A DNA stretch of 64,000 bases from Ranitomeya imitator. Its lineage: Eukaryota. The stretch lies in the NCBI RefSeq assembly GCF_032444005.1, contig NC_091283.1, forward strand, positions 162,254,001 through 162,318,000. The letters run 5' to 3'. The number at the start of each line of letters is the position of its first letter. The stretch's first letter is position 1. The notes under the pieces were generated by a model, which saw only the letters and a list, made by a program, of their open reading frames with translations, searched no databases and had not been told where the DNA came from. Of the stretch, positions 61,201 through 64,000 are shown piece after piece. The position numbers and the translations under genes are program-made.

Positions 61201-63082
61201 CTCTCGGCAAGACTCCAGCCCAACTCCCAGGTTGGGGGGCCGTCTTCTCCGTTTCAGGGACGTCTGGATTTCCGCAGTAGAGGATGCATGGGTCAGGGAA
61301 GTTGTATCCTCGGGATACAAAATAGAGTTCGCCTCCCGACCCAGGGATCGTTTCTTCCAATCTCGTCCTCCAAAAGATCCCGCTTTGTTTCCGGGCTTCT
61401 TCGCAGCCATCGCTTCTCTGCTAAAATCCGGGGTAATTGTTCCCGTCCCAGAAAAGGAACGGTACACGGGTTTCTACTCGAACCTCTTTGTGGTACCGAA
61501 AAAAGACGGCAAGGTTCGTCCCATTCTGGACCTCAAATTGCTGAACAGGAGGGTTCGCCTGAGACACTTCAGGATGGAATCGCTTCGTTCAGTAATTGCT
61601 TCCATGGAGGCTCAGGAATTTCTATGCTCTATAGATATCCAGGACGCCTACCTACATGTTCCAATATTTCCCGGACATCACCGTTTCCTGCGCTTTGCAG
61701 TGCAACAAGATCATTTTCAGTTCGTCGCCCTGCCGTTCGGTCTCGCAACCGCGCCAAGGGTGTTCACGAAAATCATGGCGGCGCTGATGGCCATTTTGAG
61801 GGTCAGAGGCTTGGTCCTGTTCCCATACCTCGACGACATCCTCATCAAGGCTCCGTCCTTTGCTCAGGCCCACGAAAGCTTGTCCATTGTTCTCGACACC
61901 TTATCCCGTTTCGGATGGCTGGTCAACCAGAAGAAGTCCTGCCTTATTCCTTCTCAGCGCATCATCTTTCTGGGCATGCTCTTCGACACTCGTCAGTCCA
62001 GAGTCTTCCTTCCCAAAGACAAGAGATCCACCCTTTGTCGGGACATACTCTTGCTCCAGGATCCTCGGCCTCCCTCCCTCCGATCGGCCATGAAGGTTCT
62101 GGGGAGGATGGTAGCTACCTTGGAAGCGATTCCCTTCGCCCAATTCCATTCTCGACCCCTTCAGCAAGCCATTCTGTCTCAGTGGGACAGGTCGGTCTTC
62201 TCCCTGGATCGGCCGATCAGACTCTCCTTTCGGGTCAAGCGGTCTCTCAACTGGTGGCTGACGTCTCCTCTCATCTCCCAGGGCAGGTCCTTCCTTCCGG
62301 TTCACTGGCAGGTGGTGACAACGGATGCCAGCCTGATCGGCTGGGGTGCGGTTTTTCGCCACCTCACGGTTCAGGGCCGTTGGTCGCCGCAGGAGTCTGC
62401 GCTGCCGATCAACGTCCTCGAAATTCGGGCCATCTTTCTGTCCCTCCGCCATTGGGAAAGGATCCTCAGGGGCCTTCCAGTCCGGATCCAGACGGACAAC
62501 GCCACGGCTGTGGCATATGTCAACCATCAGGGGGGGACTCGGAGCTCCTTGGCCCTTGCCGAGGTATCCAAGATCCTCCTTTGGGCAGAGGCAACGGTTC
62601 CGGTGATAGAAAACTGGGCCGCCGACTTCCTCAGCCGCGAGGGTCTCGCGGCAGGGGAATGGTCCCTGCATCCGGAGGTCTTCCATCAGATTTGTCTTCG
62701 ATGGGGAACTCCGGATGTGGATCTCACGGCGTCTCGAATCAACAGGAAGGTTCCGCAATTCGTCTCCAGGTCCCGCGATCCTCTCGCAGTGGGCGTCGAT
62801 GCTCTGGCCATTCCTTGGTCACAGTTCGAGCTGCCCTACCTGTTCCCACCCCTTCCATTACTTCCCAAACTGTTGAAGAAGATCAAAGCGGAAGGGGTGA
62901 CGGTCATCCTGATCGCCCCGGATTGGCCCAGGAGAGCTTGGTTCGCGGAGCTCGTCAACCTTCTCGCGGACGCTCCCTGGTGCCTTCCAGACAGGCCCGA
63001 TCTGCTGTCCCAGGGTCCGATCTGCCACCCGAATTCTCGGTCGCTCAGTTTAACGGCGTGGCTGTTGAGACCGCGGTTCTAA
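60734..63082 (+). CDS. DIRS B RT / RNase H / methyltransferase-like ORF
   Basis: FPYLDD, TTDAS, VLEIRAI, QTDN, AADFLSR, VDLTAS, FPPLPLL. Apparent 8-codon in-frame deletion in RNase H. Confidence 0.92.
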   Translation: MPTRFPTRVNTWFPPPWMSPLVRLRLPSMPLPSAGPFGSRPGRRTCPPKSPSLVCPSRALVSLVPSWTRSLRTPLGAQVPFSPRLNLVALPLDGSFARFGLFVASLHQTPFPSSNRGHRHVKRRRRCPSGPLLPGVLAIPRVDRPGPGLEDPLPHDSRQDSSPTPRLGGRLLRFRDVWISAVEDAWVREVVSSGYKIEFASRPRDRFFQSRPPKDPALFPGFFAAIASLLKSGVIVPVPEKERYTGFYSNLFVVPKKDGKVRPILDLKLLNRRVRLRHFRMESLRSVIASMEAQEFLCSIDIQDAYLHVPIFPGHHRFLRFAVQQDHFQFVALPFGLATAPRVFTKIMAALMAILRVRGLVLFPYLDDILIKAPSFAQAHESLSIVLDTLSRFGWLVNQKKSCLIPSQRIIFLGMLFDTRQSRVFLPKDKRSTLCRDILLLQDPRPPSLRSAMKVLGRMVATLEAIPFAQFHSRPLQQAILSQWDRSVFSLDRPIRLSFRVKRSLNWWLTSPLISQGRSFLPVHWQVVTTDASLIGWGAVFRHLTVQGRWSPQESALPINVLEIRAIFLSLRHWERILRGLPVRIQTDNATAVAYVNHQGGTRSSLALAEVSKILLWAEATVPVIENWAADFLSREGLAAGEWSLHPEVFHQICLRWGTPDVDLTASRINRKVPQFVSRSRDPLAVGVDALAIPWSQFELPYLFPPLPLLPKLLKKIKAEGVTVILIAPDWPRRAWFAELVNLLADAPWCLPDRPDLLSQGPICHPNSRSLSLTAWLLRPRF

Positions 63083-64000
63083 GAGCGTCCGGCCCTTCGG
63101 ACCGGGTGATTCACACCATGATTCAGGCTCGGAAGCCTTCGTCTTCCAGGATCTACTACCGCACCTGGAAGGCCTATTTCCGTTGGTGCGAGTCCAACCG
63201 CGTGCCGCCTATGGTTTTTTCTCTGCCTTCTCTTTTGGCCTTCCTTCAGGCAGGACTGGATTCGGGCCTGGCTCTTAGTTCCCTGAAGGGTCAGGTCTCT
63301 GCGCTTTCCATCCTCTTTCAGAAGACCTTGGCCTCTCGGCCACAGGTTAAGACCTTCTTTCAGGGGGTAGCCCACGCCGTCCCGCCGTTCAGGGCCCCTG
63401 TGGAGGCTTGGGACCTAAACCTGGTACTGGACGTTTTGAAGGTTTCTCCCTTTGAACCTCTTAGGGAGATTCCTCTATCAGTTTTATCTTGGAAGGTGGC
63501 CTTTCTTGTGGCCATCACGTCCATTCGCCGCGTTTCCGAGCTGGCGGCACTGTCTTGCCGCCCTCCGTTTTTGGTCATTCACCAGGACAAGGTGGTCTTC
63601 CGACCTCCACCTTCTTTTCTTCCTAAGGTGGTTTCCACCTTCCACCTCAACGAGGACATCGTTCTACCTTCCTTTTGTCCAGCTCCGACTCATCCTCTGG
63701 AGCGATCGTTGAACAAGCTAGACCTAGTCAGGGCAGTGAGGATTTATCTGGATAGAACATCCTCTTTCCGGAAGACGGATTCTTTTTTCGTCATTCCTGA
63801 TGGCACACGCAGAGGCCAGCCGGCTTCTAAAGCGACTATTGCTCGCTGGATCAGAACGGCAATTTTAGAGGCTTACCGGGTCAAGAACAGAGTGCCCCCT
63901 CCTGGGATTAAGGCTCACTCTACCCGGGCAGTCGGCGCCTCCTGGGCGGTGCACCACAGGGCTTCCGCCCTACAGCTTTGCAAAGCGGCAACTTGGTCTT
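63062..64000 (+). CDS. DIRS B tyrosine recombinase, open to the window end (absent from the ORF track because it has no stop)
   Basis: Hand translation: MIQARKPSSSRIYYRTWK...ITSIRRVSELAAL...KAHSTRAVGASW...AATWS. Confidence 0.88.

Larger units (their letters stand above)
58271..64000 (+). mobile_element. DIRS1-like retrotransposon (element B), runs off the right edge, in a PRPF4 intron
   Basis: TTT start, terminal sequence related to element C, three 89-bp GC-rich repeats (58969, 59058, 59147), then gag, RT/RH/MT and YR frames. Confidence 0.94.

Overview
Vertebrate genomic DNA. The repeat landscape suggests a frog, but this is inference and the species cannot be fixed from sequence alone. The window holds four intron-containing housekeeping genes as two head-to-head pairs, in the order I recall for human 9q32. 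They are FKBP15 (minus, 15 coding exons, runs off the left edge), SLC31A1/CTR1 (plus, complete 191-aa CDS), CDC26 (minus, complete 85-aa CDS) and PRPF4 (plus, first 3 coding exons). I traced exons by hand; all have GT-AG boundaries and consistent phases. Introns are packed with nested mobile DNA: three DIRS1-like tyrosine-recombinase retrotransposons (one complete with inverted terminal repeats and ICR), a young CR1 LINE inside a tandem array inside a solo LTR, two L2 LINEs, Tc1/mariner derivatives, a piggyBac-like element with telomere-like repeats, a non-autonomous Helitron, Harbinger-type MITEs and many minisatellites. Most long ORFs in the track are translations of stop-free repeats, often from GTG/TTG starts, and are not genes. 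Best leads: (1) two divergent DIRS elements each carry a short spliceosomal intron just before the Gag zinc finger; (2) a cryptic acceptor could fuse FKBP15 in frame to an uninterrupted CR1 endonuclease/RT frame; (3) an FKBP15 splice donor has been amplified into an in-frame array; (4) a CTCF-motif minisatellite; (5) a duplicated His motif in CTR1 with MRE-core-rich repeats nearby. None is confirmed without RNA or comparative data.
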